A DNA stretch of 49,894 nt from Nemertoderma westbladi (GCA_032718475.1 JAUCBJ010008753.1:1-49894); one strand, 5' to 3'. Numbered from the stretch's first letter, positions 14,801-27,316 are shown. The notes: generated from the letters alone by a model not told the origin. A program made the numbers and translations.

Positions 14801-17800
14801 GGGCGCTACTCCTATATGCTACCCGAAGGTAGGGTTGGGCGCTACTCCTATCTGCTACCCGTAGGTAGGGGTGGTCGCTACTCCTATCTGCTACCCGAAG
14901 GTAGGGGTGGGCGCTACTCCTATCTGCTACCTGCGGGTAGTGGTGGGCGCTACTCCTATCTGCTACCCGAAGGTAGGGGTGGGCGCTACTCCTCGCTACC
15001 CGAAGGTAGTGGTGGGCGCTACTCCTATCTGCTACCCGACGGTAGGGGTGGGCGCTACTCCTATCTGCTACCTGAAGGTAGTGGTGGGTGCTACTCCTAT
15101 CTGCTACCCGAGGGTAGGGGTGGGCGCTACTCCTATCTGCTACCCTAAGGTAGTGCTGGGCGCTACTCCTATCTGCTACCCGAGGGTAGGGGTGGGAGCT
15201 ACTCCTATCTGCTACTTGAAGATAGTGGTGGGCGCTACTCCTATCTGCTACCCGAGGGTAGGGGTGGGCGCTACTCCTATCTGCTACCCGAAGGTAAGGG
15301 TGGGCGCTACTCCTATCTGCTACCCGAAGGTAGTGGTGGGCGCTACTCCTATCTGCTACCCGAAGGTAGGGTTGGGCGCTACTTCTATCTGCTACCCGAG
15401 GGTAGGGGTGGGCGCTACTCCTATCTGCTACCCGAAGGTAGTGGTGGGCGCTACTCCTATCTGCTACCCGAAGGTAGGGTTGGGCGCTACTTCTATCTGC
15501 TACCCGAGGGTAAGGGTAGGCGCTACTCCTATCTGCTACCCGAAGGTAGTGGTGGGCGCTACTCCTATCTGCTACCCGAAGGTAGGGTTGGGCGCTACTC
15601 CTATCTGCTACCCGTAGGTAGGGGTGGGCGCTACTCCTATCTGCTATCCGAAGGTAGGAGTGGGCGCTACTCCTATCTGCTACCCGAAGGTAGGGTCGGG
15701 CGCTACTCATATCTGCTACCCGAGGGTAGGGGTGGGCGCTACTCCTATCTGCTATCCGAGGGTAGGGGTGGGCGCTACTCCTATCTGTTACCCGAGAGTA
15801 GGGGTGGGCGCTACTCCTATCTGCTACCCGAAGGTAGGGTTGGGCGCTACTCCTATCTGCTACCCGTAGGTAGGGGTGGGCGCTACTCCTATCTGCTACC
15901 CGAAGGTAGGGGTGGGCGCTACTCCTATCTGCTACCTGCGGGTAGTGGTGGGCGCTACTCCTTTCTGCTACCAGAAGGTAGGGGTGGGCGCTACTCCTTG
16001 CTACCCGAAGGTAGTGGTGGGCGCTACTCCTATCTGCTACCCGAGGGTAGGGGTGGGCGCTACTCCTATCTGCTATCCGAGGGTAGGGGTGGGCGCTACT
16101 CCTATCTGTTACCCGAGGGTAGGGGTGGGCGCTACTCATATCTGCTACCCGAGGGTAGTGGTGGGCGCTACTCCTATCTGCTACCCGAGGGTAGGGGTGG
16201 GCGCTACTCCTATCTGCTCCCCGAAGGTAGGGTTGGGCGCTACTCCTATCTGCTACCCGTAGGTAGGGGTGGGCGCTACTCCTATCTGCTGCCCGAAGGT
16301 CGGGGTGGGCACTACTCCTATCTGCTACCTGCGGGCAGTGGTGGGCGCTACTCCTATCTGCTACCCGAAGGTAGGGGTGGGCGCTACTCCTTGCTACCCG
16401 AAGGTAGTGGTGGGCGCTACTCCTATCTGTTACCCGACGGTAGGGGTGGGCGCTACTCCTATCTGCTACCTGAAGGTAGTGGTGGGTGCTACTCCTATCT
16501 GCTACCCGAGGGTAGGGGTGGGCGCTACTCCTATCTGCTACCCGAAGGTAAGGGTGGGCGCTACTCCTATCTGCTACCCGAAGGTAGTGGTGGGCGCTAC
16601 TCCTATCTGGTACCCGAAGGTAGGGTTGGGCGCTACTTCTATCTGCTACCCGAGGGTAGGAGTGGGCGCTACTCCTATCTGTTACCCGAGAGTAGGGGTG
16701 GGCGCTACTCCTATCTGCTACCCGAAGGTAAGGGTGGGCGCTACTCCTATCTGCTACCCGAAGGTATTGGTGGGCGCTACTCCTATCTGCTACCCGAAGG
16801 TAGGGTTGGGCGCTACTTCTATCTGCTACCCGAGGGTAAGGGTAGGCGGTACTCCTATCTGCTACCCGAAGGTAGGGGTGGGCGCTACTCCTATCTGCTA
16901 TCTGAGGGTAGGGGTGGGCGCTACTCCTATCTGTTACCCGAGAGTAGGGGTGGGCGCTACTCCTATCTGCTACCCGAAGGTAGGGTTGGGCGCTACTCCT
17001 ATCTGCTACCCGTAGGTTGGGGTGGGCGCTACTCCTATCTGCTACCCGAAGGTAGGGGTGGCGCTACTCCTATCTGCTACCTGCGGGTAGTGGTGGGCGC
17101 TACTCCTATCTGCTACCAGAAGGTAGGGATGGGCGCTACTCATTGCTACCCGAAGGTAGTGGTGGGCGCTACTCCTATCTGCTACCCGAGGGTAGGGGTG
17201 GGCGCTACTCCTATCTGCTATCCGAGGGTAGGGGTGGGCGCTACTCCTATCTGTTACCCGAGGGTAGGGGTGGGCGCTACTCATATCTGCTACCCGAGGG
17301 TAGTGGTGGGCGCTGCTCCTATCTGCTACCCGAGGGTAGGGGTGGGCGCTACTCCTATCTGCTCCCCGAAGGTAGGGTTGGGCGCTACTCCTATCTGCTA
17401 CCCGTAGGTAGGGGTGGGCGCTACTCCTATCTGCTACCCAAAGGTAGGGGTGGGCGCTACTCCTATCTGTTACCCGAGGGTAGGGGTGGGCGCTACTCAT
17501 ATCTGCTACCCGAGGGTAGTGGTGGGCGCTACTCCTATCTGCTACCCGAGGGTAGGGGTGGGCGCTACTCCTATCTGCTCCCCGAAGGTAGGGTTGGGCG
17601 CTACTCCTATCTGCTACCCGTAGGTAGGGGTGGGCGCTACTCCTATCTGCCACCCTAAGGTAGGAGTGGGCGCTACTCCTATCTGCTACCCGATGGTAGG
17701 GGTGGGCGCTACTCCTATCTGCTACCCGAAGGTCGGGGTGGGCGCTACTCCTATCTGCTACCTGCGGGTAGTGGTGGGCGCTACTCCTATCTGCTACCCG

Positions 17801-18637
17801 AAGGTAGGGGTGGGCGCTACTCCTTGCTACCCGAAGGTAGTGGTGGGCGCTACTCCTATCTGCTACCCGACGGTAGGGGTGGGCGCTACTCCTATCTGCT
17901 ACCTGAAGGTAGTGGTGGGTGCTACTCCTATCTGCTACCCGAGGGCAGGGGTGGGCGCTACTCCTATCTGCTACCCGAAGGTAGTGCTGGGCGCTACTCC
18001 TATCTGCTACCCGAGGGTAGGGGTGGGAGCTACTCCTATCTGCTACTTGAAGATAGTGGTGGGCGCTACTCCTATCTGCTACCCGAGGGTAGGGGTGGGC
18101 TCTACTCCTATCTGCTACCCGAAGGTAAGGGTGGGCGCTACTCCTATCTGCTACCCGAAGGTAAGGGTGGGCGCTACTCCTATCTGCTACCCGAAGGTAG
18201 TGGTGGGCGCTACTCCTATCTGGTACCCGAAGGTAGGGGTGGGCTCTACTCCTATCTGCTACCCGAAGGTAAGGGTGGGCGCTACTCCTATCTGCTACCC
18301 GAAGGTAAGGGTGGGCGCTACTCCTATCTGCTACCCGAAGGTAGTGGTGGGCGCTACTCCTATCTGGTACCCGAAGGTAGGGTTGGGCGCTACTTCTATC
18401 TGCTACCCGAGGGTAGGAGTGGGCGCTACTCCTATCTGTTACCCGAGAGTAGGGGTGGGCGCTACTCCTATCTGCTACCCGAAGGTAAGGGTGGGCGCTA
18501 CTCCTATCTGCTACCCGAAGGTATTGGTGGGCGCTACTCCTATCTGCTACCCGAAGGTAGGGTTGGGCGCTACTTCTATCTGCTACCCGAGGGTAAGGGT
18601 AGGCGGTACTCCTATCTGCTACCCGAAGGTAGTGGTG
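2829..18637. repeat. 36-bp satellite CTGCTACCCGA(A/G)GGTAG(G/T)GGTGGGCGCTACTCCTAT, ~440 copies, with higher-order structure
   Basis: Period 36 read directly; recurrent 33-bp variant lacking ATC; variant blocks recur at offsets 3369, 1761 and 10265 bp. Confidence 0.99.
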
Positions 18638-19880
18638 TGTAAAAGCCTTTGCTGAATTGCCCCGTTATTTTTATTATCTTTTACATTAAAATACTCTGTA
18701 GTTGATTTAATAAGTGTAAGAGACCGTATTATTGCTGTATCGGTGTTTTTAGAGGATCTAAGACCTATTTCCTCCGTATGTGTACTGTGAAAGGCATATT
18801 TTGTGATTCTATGGCAATTCGTGACGCAAAGGGGTGATAGCTACTCTTGAACAGTAGTTACTATGACTACGGTTAACAGCTGACATTCATACGTGTTGAT
18901 TTCCTTTGTTCTACGGCGTCTCTCAGTTCAGTCAGCCAATGAGAGCGTTTTTGTGGCTCCTTGTACAGAAAATTTCCGAGAAATGACGCAATGCCTATGT
19001 GCAGTGTTTACATTCAGTCCTGAGCCAAAGAAAGAACGGCTTGGAAGTATTTTTGTGCTGTACTGCTTTTTAGTCGTACACTAGTAGGTTTAATTATAAA
19101 GGGCATATATCCTTTAACTGCGGACTACATACCTGATGACTGCTGACTGATCATACATGCTGACTGCTGAAACATTGCAAACTCATAACAATCAGTGTTT
19201 TCATTGTTGTTTTATACTGCTATTTACCGTCAGTTCTTCATAATATGGTTGATGAATTATTATATTTGGAATAACGATAAACAACCCCGAAACCCAATGT
19301 TCTTGATATACCGAAGGTAAGAGAGAAAGGTTACAGATAAACGATTGTGACTTATGTTAAAGTGGTTTGAAGTGAATCTAATGTTATTTGATAGACCCTA
19401 CATGAGTCAGCCTGTGTTCCTTTTATATGTGACTAAAATCAGTGAAGATTGGCAGATTGGTGTGCAGTATTGTGCAGCATAGTGTATGAGTGAGTCTGTT
19501 AAAGAAGCAATTCCTAAAGAATGCGTCATATATGTGGATTATAATTAAGCCATATCGTTGTGAGTAGTTTAAGTCATAACTCTGTTTATATAGATAAAGC
19601 GCCACGTCCTAAAGGAACTGTTAATATTACCGAAGGTGAATAATATTGTCAGAGATTATATAATACTGTCAGTCGAATAATACATTAGGCTTACATAGCA
19701 ATAAAATTAAACCGTCGAACCCAATCTCCCGGGAATATCCAGCGGGTGAATGGTCGCGCACGGATTGGTTTCGACTAGTGTAGTGAATCAAATACTTGTC
19801 ATAGACTAAAAAGCGATTTATTATCTAGAAGACATTCTAATTTGGCGGGTTAAACTGCCAAAGGTCTGAAAGCGCGAACA
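18638..19880 (+). mobile_element. Solo LTR (1243 bp) inserted in the satellite
   Basis: Starts TGTAA, ends GAACA, flanked by TGGTG at 18633-18637 and 19881-19885; removal restores a normal unit. CCAAT 18936, TATAAA 19095 and AATAAA 19700 suggest + orientation. Confidence 0.88.
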
Positions 19881-19971
19881 TGGTGGGCGCTACTCCTATC
19901 TGCTACCCGAAGGTAGGGTTGGGCGCTACTTCTATCTGCTACCCGAGGGTAAGGGTAGGCGCTACTCCTAT
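19881..19971. repeat. Final ~2.5 units of the 36-bp satellite beyond the solo LTR
   Basis: Same unit sequence, in phase with the unit interrupted at 18637. Confidence 0.95.
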
Positions 19972-21703
19972 CCCTTGTGTTCCCAGTAATTTAACTGGCA
20001 CTAATGCTATCGACCCCTGTGAATTGTAGTCATATGACAACAAATGTTACACTTTGATATTTGGTCCTTTAATGACCAAAGGGATTCAAAAATCCCACTT
20101 CCTTAATAATAATAATAATAATTGTTAATAATAATAACAAATTAAACTGGGTAATGTTTCTACTATTTAACATTTAACGACCAAAGGACTTTCAAAAGCC
20201 CTTCTCGGCTCCTATGCAATGTATTTGAATTATTATTTTATTTATTTTGATATTGATTTGATATTAGAGACATAGTTGGAGGCTGATTTTATAAATTAAT
20301 ATTAAATTTAATTGCCAGAACATTTTTGTCGGTAAAGGGAACGGTAAGAAAAAGAGATTCGTCCCAAACAATGCGCGATGTTTCAAGTATCACTTTGTTA
20401 AAACCTGCAGAGGTATTTTTATAGTAAATTACACAAATTATTAATGAAAATATTAAACTATGGTATATGACTAAAATTATGAATATTATATATTGATACT
20501 TAAAATAATTACTCCAGTATACAATTTTACTTGATTGTAATTTATCGATATTGAATTTTTAAGTATCCCACAGTATAGTAGTGTATAAATGGCCTGCTAT
20601 TATAATTAGCCTACTGTCACTGTGTAGTCTACGATTGCTAATTATTAATTGTTATTGATATTAATTAAGTATTTCGTTATTAGATTATTTCGTTAGTGCC
20701 GTCATGAGCCAAAGATACTGTAATAGCAATATTTCGATTGAGTGTGAATTAATTCGGCAGTTGAGTGAAAATGAATGCTTTGCCAATGATAGACGCGTTA
20801 TTACCTAAATGACTACTGGTATGCACTCCATATCTTCAAACAATGTATCTCTTAAATAAAACATGTAGGCCTATTCCTACTGTACATGATGCTAAATTAT
20901 ATGTCGGTATTACAACCTATCTTTGATGATTTCGACAAAGCGATTAAGAAATTCTCGGATTCCTCAAAACGTGCATTTACAGTAGGTGCAATAATATCAT
21001 GATCAAGGTCTATAGGCCGGTTTTAATATAACACTTCTACAAACTTGTTGAATTAATTATTGTGTATTTCCTATATTAGCTTATGCGTCCGGTGTTTGGG
21101 GTTACCCGGCGGCTTCCGATATACAACCTAAAGTAATACGCGCATATCTTGTGCATAAATTCGCACCTATGAAGCTATTGAACTGGAAATGGGTTGGGTT
21201 TATTTACCCACAACACCGGTGCTTTATTTGTATGGCTAGAAGAATTTTTAATTATGAGTTATAATTATAAATAAGTTAGGCCGGTGTGATTAAATTTTCA
21301 AGATATTCAGCTAGTGTGTAAGTTAACTTAATATATGTGATTTAACTAACTTCGATACACTGCAATCCGACTACTTTACCGCTAGGTGGCGTGCAGCTTT
21401 GAATACCATACCTAAGCTTCGAACCTAAGTACGCTTCAACCAAGGTTTATTTTTTCAGTTCATTATTGTGAGTTTAATTTTATCAAGACATTGTGCAGTT
21501 GTTTGTTTATGCTATGTATATAATATTGTTATCTCTATTAAGCCGACAACGGCTGGGGTATGAATGATACCCATGACATTAAAAACAATTGAATGAAATT
21601 TAATAACAATATAACACGATCGGGGGTGTGTACGATAAACCAGATGTAAACAGATGTCCCCTATCACTTTTCCAGGTAGAGGCAGATGGGTAACTGCAGT
21701 CGC

Positions 21704-21707
<4 letters not shown>

Positions 21708-21735
<28 letters not shown>

Positions 21736-22018
21736 TGTCAGCGTTTCAAAATTGTAGACGTAGTAGGGTTTTGAAGTTGACAATTTCATAAAAAAAATAT
21801 TTGGAGATAATCGACCTTTCATTATACATAGTAATAGTAATTTCAATGGGTCTCCCTAAATGGAAATTGTTATAACTTGAGAACTAAAAGAGCTATTAAA
21901 TAGCGGTTTTCAGATTTGGAAACATAATTTAAACATGCAGTAGGCCTAATCGATCATAAAAATAATGTCGACATATTTTGGACCAAAATGATATACACTC
22001 CCCCCCCCCTCCCCTTCC
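21708..22018 (+). mobile_element. Kolobok-like non-autonomous element, internally deleted copy
   Basis: Poly-G start and poly-C end, flanked by TTTA/TTAA; body closely matches ~37715-37983. Confidence 0.75.
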
Positions 22019-22124
22019 TTAAGACCTCACAATAACTTAGTCTGAGGTCTAGGATATAATCAATATAGGCCTAAGTGTCAGGTATCAATCAGGAAGAAAG
22101 TAGTATAAAGAAAGGGATGAAGTT

Positions 22125-22465
22125 TATAATTTCAAACATACAGCCCACTAGCGGTAGTCTGGAAAACTGCCGAGGGTTTTTACCCAACAAGACTCAGTCT
22201 GTGTCTGTGGCTTACATGTATTTCTGCCAAGTTTCAGGTTGGACGGATAAAAAATTACGAAGTGAAAGAAGGTTTTCACTTTCAAACATCATGACCTCTG
22301 GAGGCAAACTTTAAAAGTGTAGATAGAGTAACGACCCACAAGAAAAGAAGCACTGTTCTAGTACACATGCCAAGTTTCAGCTTAAACTGGTTAAAAGCAA
22401 GGAAACAGTGTATGCTTTTCACTTTCAGACATTTCGTCCTCTAGCGGCAGACTGGATAACTGCGG
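22125..22465. repeat. Degenerate ~145-150-bp tandem repeat (~2.3 units)
   Basis: TTCA(A/G)ACAT at ~22131, ~22281 and ~22424, each followed by a CTAGCGG/CTGGAGG motif; TGCCAAGTTTCAG occurs twice. Confidence 0.6.
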
Positions 22466-22475
22466 GCCGATTCGT

Positions 22476-24410
22476 GATATTTTCGATAATTTTACTCACG
22501 ATGTTCTACTCGCTATATATTTGATGATGGCATTTTTCAACCCTCGATATTTTTATTCTCGAAATTTTCCAACACACAATATTTTTACTCACGATATTTT
22601 TACTCTCGATATTTTTAAACTCTCGATATTTTTACTCTCGATATTTTAACTCTAATATTTTTACTCTCGATGTTTTTACACTCGATGTTTTTTACTCTCG
22701 ATATTTTTACTCACGATATTTTTACTCTCGATGTTTTTACTCACGATATTTTTACTCTCGATGTTTTTACTCTCCATGTTTTTACTCTCGATAATTTTAC
22801 TCTCGATATTTTCCAACCCCCAATATTTTTACTCTCGATATTTTCCAACCCCCAATATTTTTACTTTCGATATTTTTACTCTCGATATTTTTTCTCTCGA
22901 TATTTTTACTCGCGATATTTTTAAACTCTCGATATTTTTACTCTCGATATTTTAACTCTAATATTTTTACTCACGGTATTTTAACTCTAATATTTTTACT
23001 CTCGATGTTTTTACACTTGATGTTTTTACTCTCGATGTTTTTTACTCTCGATGTTTTTACTCACGATATTTTTACTCACGATATTTTTACTCACGATATT
23101 TTTACTCTCGATGTTTTTACTCTCCATGTTTTTACTCTCGATATTTTTACTCTCGATATTTTCCAACCCCCAATATTTTTACTCTCGATATTTTCCAACC
23201 CCCAATATTTTTACTTTCGATATTTTTACTCTCGATAATTTTTCTCTCGATATTTTAACTCTAATATTTTTACTCTCGATGTTTTTACTCTCGATGTTTT
23301 TTACTCTCGATATTTTTACTCTCGATATTTTTACTCGCGATATTTTTACTCACGATATTTTTACTCACGATGTTTTTACTCTCGATGTTTTTTACTCTCG
23401 ATATTTTTACTCTCGATATTTTTACTCGCGATATTTTTACTCACGATATTTTTACTCACGATGTTTTTACTCGCGATATTTTTACTCTCCATGTTTTTAC
23501 TCTCGATATTTTTACTCTCGATATTTTCCAACCCCCAATATTTTTACTCTCGATATTTTCCAACCCCCAATATTTTTACTTTCGATATTTTTACTCGCGA
23601 TATTTTTACTCTCCATGTTTTTACTCTCGATATTTTTACTCTCGATATTTTCCAACCCCCAATATATTTACTCTCCATATTTTTAATCTCGATAATTTTA
23701 CTCTCGATATTTTTACTCGCGATATTTTTACTCACGATATTTTTACTCTCGATAATTTTTCTCTCGATATTTTAACTCTAATATTTTTACTCTCGATATT
23801 TTTACTCTCGATATTTTTACTCTCTATATTTTTACTCGCGATATTTTTACTCTCAATGTTTTTTACTCTCGATATTTTTACTCTCGATATTTTTACTCTC
23901 GATATTTTTACTCACGATGTTTTTACTCGCGACATTTTTACTCTCGATGTTTTTACTCTCCATGTTTTTACTCTCGATATTTTTACTCTCGATATTTTCC
24001 AACCCCCAATATATTTACTCTCCATATTTTTAATCTCGATAATTTTACTCTCGATATTTTTACTCGCGATATTTTTACTCACGATATTTTTACTCACGAT
24101 GTTTTTACTCGCGATATTTTTACTCTCGATGTTTTTACTCTCCATGTTTTTACTCTCGATATTTTTACTCTCGATATTTTCCAACCCCCAATATTTTTAC
24201 TCTCGATATTTTCCAACCCCCAATATTTTTACTTTCGATATTTTTACTCGCGATATTTTTACTCTCCATGTTTTTACTCTCGATATTTTTACTCTCGATA
24301 TTTTCCAACCCCCAATATTTTTACTCTCGATATTTTCCAACCACCAATATTTTTACTCTCGATATTTTCCAACCCCCAATATTTTTACTTTCGATATTTT
24401 TACTCTCGAT
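22476..24410. repeat. 15-bp minisatellite GATATTTTTACTCTC with variant units (e.g. GATATTTTCCAACCCCCAAT)
   Basis: Period ~15 read directly; variants recur in blocks. Confidence 0.97.
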
Positions 24411-25007
24411 TAATTTTTCAAATCTTGATACTTGATACTGAGGTTGAAATTAATCCGAGTGGTGTACTTCGGTTATGGTATAAGTGAAGCTTCAAATACA
24501 GAATACCGGATAGAGACAATCCGTGATTGATATAGAAAACAATAAATCAATGGATTATATAAAATGAGATGTCAACAATGTTTTATATTTTGGATTGGTA
24601 ATGTAATTTAGTATTGACTAGAAGACAGACAGGAAGTACAACATAGTTAATTAACGTGTAAATAAATTACAGAATTCGATTATATTTTAGTCGGCAAATT
24701 ATGTAATATTCATAAAATATATATTATCTGATTTAATAGTCATCATAGCAAAGAAAATAATTATGTAATCCTATGACTATTTCCATTAAGTGTTGTTCAT
24801 AATAATAATTTATTTTATATAATATTTAATAAAATAATGTTTATGTTGTTAAAAATATTCGAATTCATGAGATTTTTAAAATATTAAAAAAAATTAAATC
24901 GTTAAATATACATATATATGATACACAGAGAATGGGTGAGGAATAAAATACATTCAATGTGAGTCACATTAGATTAATAATGTGGACAATAATTATTAAT
25001 CAAGACT

Positions 25008-25945
25008 TTATAAGTTCAATAACCATGTTGTAGTGAAAGCAACCACTGCCGCTAGCAATGTGAGCAGAGTAATTGATAATATAACACGACGACTGTAATC
25101 CACACCCATATTATTAGCTGCAGGGCGCCGAATGGGTGTTGATAATTTCATGTGGTTGCAGGTCGGTCTATCATTTACCACAGGTTCCTCATTGAGGCGA
25201 TTACTGAGATTTTTGAACAGATTCTCTTTCATATTTTCATCATCGTTTGTAGGTAACTCGAGATCATCAGTAGCTATTTCACTTTTTATGACATCAGAAT
25301 ATTTAACATCATCTCTCATATTGATTTTCTGTTCTTCAACATCAGGTGTAGTTTTCTCTGCTTCTGAATCACCATTATCATTAACTAATCCTGATGCCAC
25401 ATCGGTATCATGTTGGACCTCATTGGAATTGTAAGAACCTTCATTGTTGGAAGAGTCTAGATCCTCAACGACGTTATCAATGAGAACATTATTAACTTCA
25501 TCAATATTTTTCGAAATAAAAGATGTTTGTTTCACATCCAATAAATTGTTTGTTATTTCTACATGTTCTTCGTGAAAATCAGCATTTACTTGCGTTTCCT
25601 CATTAACATCAAATTCATTGCATAAAATATCAGCGACAGTCAAAGCCTTTTTCCTAAAAGTAACATCGTCATCATCATCATCATCATCATCCCATCTCTG
25701 ATCAATCGCTTCACTCCCGATGAAACTCTTTGAGGTTCTCTTTAAGTTGGACTTGATTCGTCTCAACTCTCGGCCCGTTAACCCTCGCACGGGATTTAGA
25801 GGTTGAACTCCACCCAAACGAGCAGACCTCGATAGTAGTGCTTCCAGACGAGCACGATGCTGATCCTGGCTAATCTCTACGTTGTAAGTGACAGTGGTTG
25901 GTGATGTTGCAGCGAAGTTGCTTGTCTGTGTTGATCCCAAATTTA
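25008..25945 (-). CDS. Last exon of an acidic, low-complexity protein with a C-terminal transmembrane anchor (~351-354 aa in total)
   Basis: 310-codon ORF; acceptor ttgatttttcag at 25946, phase 1; ends VILSITLLTLLAAVVAFTTTWLLNL*; minus-strand AATAAA near 24810. Confidence 0.8.
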
Positions 25946-26350
25946 CTGAAAAATCAAAGTGGAAACATTTAGTAGTTGTACTACAGGCCTATTTATGTGT
26001 CATTTAAGATTAGTAAAGGCCATTTTATAAATCCAAACTAATATTTAAAGATTAACAAATTAAACAGGGTACACCTCTGGTTCCTCTCAGTCAGATTGAT
26101 TTCTACCTCTAACAAAATACCTCCTCGTTTTATGTTTCGTCTAACAAAGGACCTTATTTGTTACATTCTACAAGGAGTAATCTAATATGCTACAAGAGAA
26201 CTGTAGACTATTTAGCCATAAACTATTGGTTAGTAGATTTCGAAGCGGGAAAGCGAAGATAAATAATGAAAAAAAAAAAAAAAAAAAGAAATTCAGGACA
26301 CTAGCGCTGGTTTTTCTTTTCATTATAAACTATTGGTTATTATAACTAAC

Positions 26351-26468
26351 CTGCACCGAATGAATATTTTCTCGATGGTCTTTGTCGTTCCTTTAGTGAT
26401 CCGGATCTTACCAGATCTCTCTTCTGTTTGCTCACTGTATTGTCCAACATAATGTGAGTATCTGCCAT
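26351..26468 (-). CDS. Upstream coding exon of the tail-anchored protein (MADTHIMLDNTVSKQKRDLVRSGSLKERQRPSRKYSFGA)
   Basis: AAAATGG start at 26468; donor CAG|GTTAGT at 26351, phase 1, in frame with the last exon. Confidence 0.7.
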
Positions 26469-26789
26469 TTTGTTGCAGTTTGATAAAGTAAAAATTATTC
26501 AGTTTCTTTTAATTGTATACCAAGGAATATTAAAATTGAAATAACATTTAAGTAAGGTTTGTTTGTATCTTTTTATTGAGGGAACAATATATATCTATAT
26601 ACTAGCAATTTAGAGACAGTGGGTGATATTCAATTTATTAATTAAGGGAAAGGAGAAGGTAACAGTGGCAAGTTATTCTAACCAAAACTATAAACTAAGG
26701 TAAATAAAACAGGTTACAGTTTTATTTTTAGAGTAATCAGCTGTTAGTTGCTTCGATTTCCCCGGACACTTAATACAGGAATACTAGAG

Positions 26790-27135
26790 GGTATGGCTTC
26801 TAAGGAAGAACTCTCTAAATACACATATTGCGATGAGCGTCTATGTGGGACATTTCGGAATGTATAGGCCCTTTTCATTGCACTTTATTACTGTTGAACA
26901 AAGCCGCCTCCGCTTTGCAGGACATTGCTTTCGCCATGATGAGGACCAGCATGTGCCCAATATTGTGCTTTGGCAACCCCATTTTATAAATAAGCAAGGT
27001 GGACAGCCCGTGACTTTCTTGGGATGCCTCTTTAAAGGACATCGACAGCCTTGATGACGCGGATACTTTCGCGAAATTCAAGGGGGATAGGGAGTTATGG
27101 CGGTGCAATTTTGTCGATAAGCCGGCACATCTTAA
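26790..27135 (+). mobile_element. RTE-like LINE 3' remnant
   Basis: Degenerate translation SRLRFAGHCFRH..LWQP..GGQP..DRELWR, typical of RTE-clade ORF2 C-termini; related copies at 28.7 and 41.2 kb. Confidence 0.75.
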
Positions 27136-27300
27136 ATCTGTAAACATGTTACATCTTAATGCACCTTGTATTATAACAAGCCAATTCCGCATTGTATGGT
27201 AGTGGGAAAAATATTTTATTAAGCCAGGATAGCATCTCAATGTGCATCTTCAATACAGCTGACCGATTATAGTAGTAGTAGTATTGTTGTATTGGTTTAC

Positions 27301-27316
27301 CTTTTTGGTCTGCCAT
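27301..27316 (-). CDS. Candidate first coding micro-exon (MADQK) of the tail-anchored gene
   Basis: AACATGG start, donor AAG|GTAAAC, phase 1, compatible with both downstream exons. Confidence 0.45.

Larger units (their letters stand above)
2772..20021 (-). mobile_element. 5'-truncated SINE-like element whose internal 36-bp segment is amplified into the satellite
   Basis: Left flank GAGGCGACCCGAAGGCTCCTCTTTTGATAG runs into the first unit and the last unit ends ACTCCTATCCC; the same joins occur with one unit at 29770-29842. Minus strand of 19972-20021 (GGGGTCGATAGCATTAGTGCCAGTTAAATTACTGGG) resembles, from memory, Deu/Nin-type SINE cores (unverified). Confidence 0.65.

Noticed and set aside
2829-18637. 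CRISPR array (36-bp hairpin repeat)
   Set aside because: Units are head-to-tail without unique spacers; no cas genes; eukaryotic context. The same applies to the 38-bp array.
2704-18655. Giant ORFs (1414 and 2354 aa, SSAHPYLRVADR repeats) and overlapping + strand ORFs
   Set aside because: The unit length is a multiple of 3 and only the TAC codon is one step from a stop in the minus frame, so long open frames are expected; several frames are open at once and there is no unique N-terminus.
22670-24413. DIFTL / IFLLS ORFs resembling pentapeptide or membrane proteins
   Set aside because: Products of the 15-bp repeat with frequent frame-shifting length variants.
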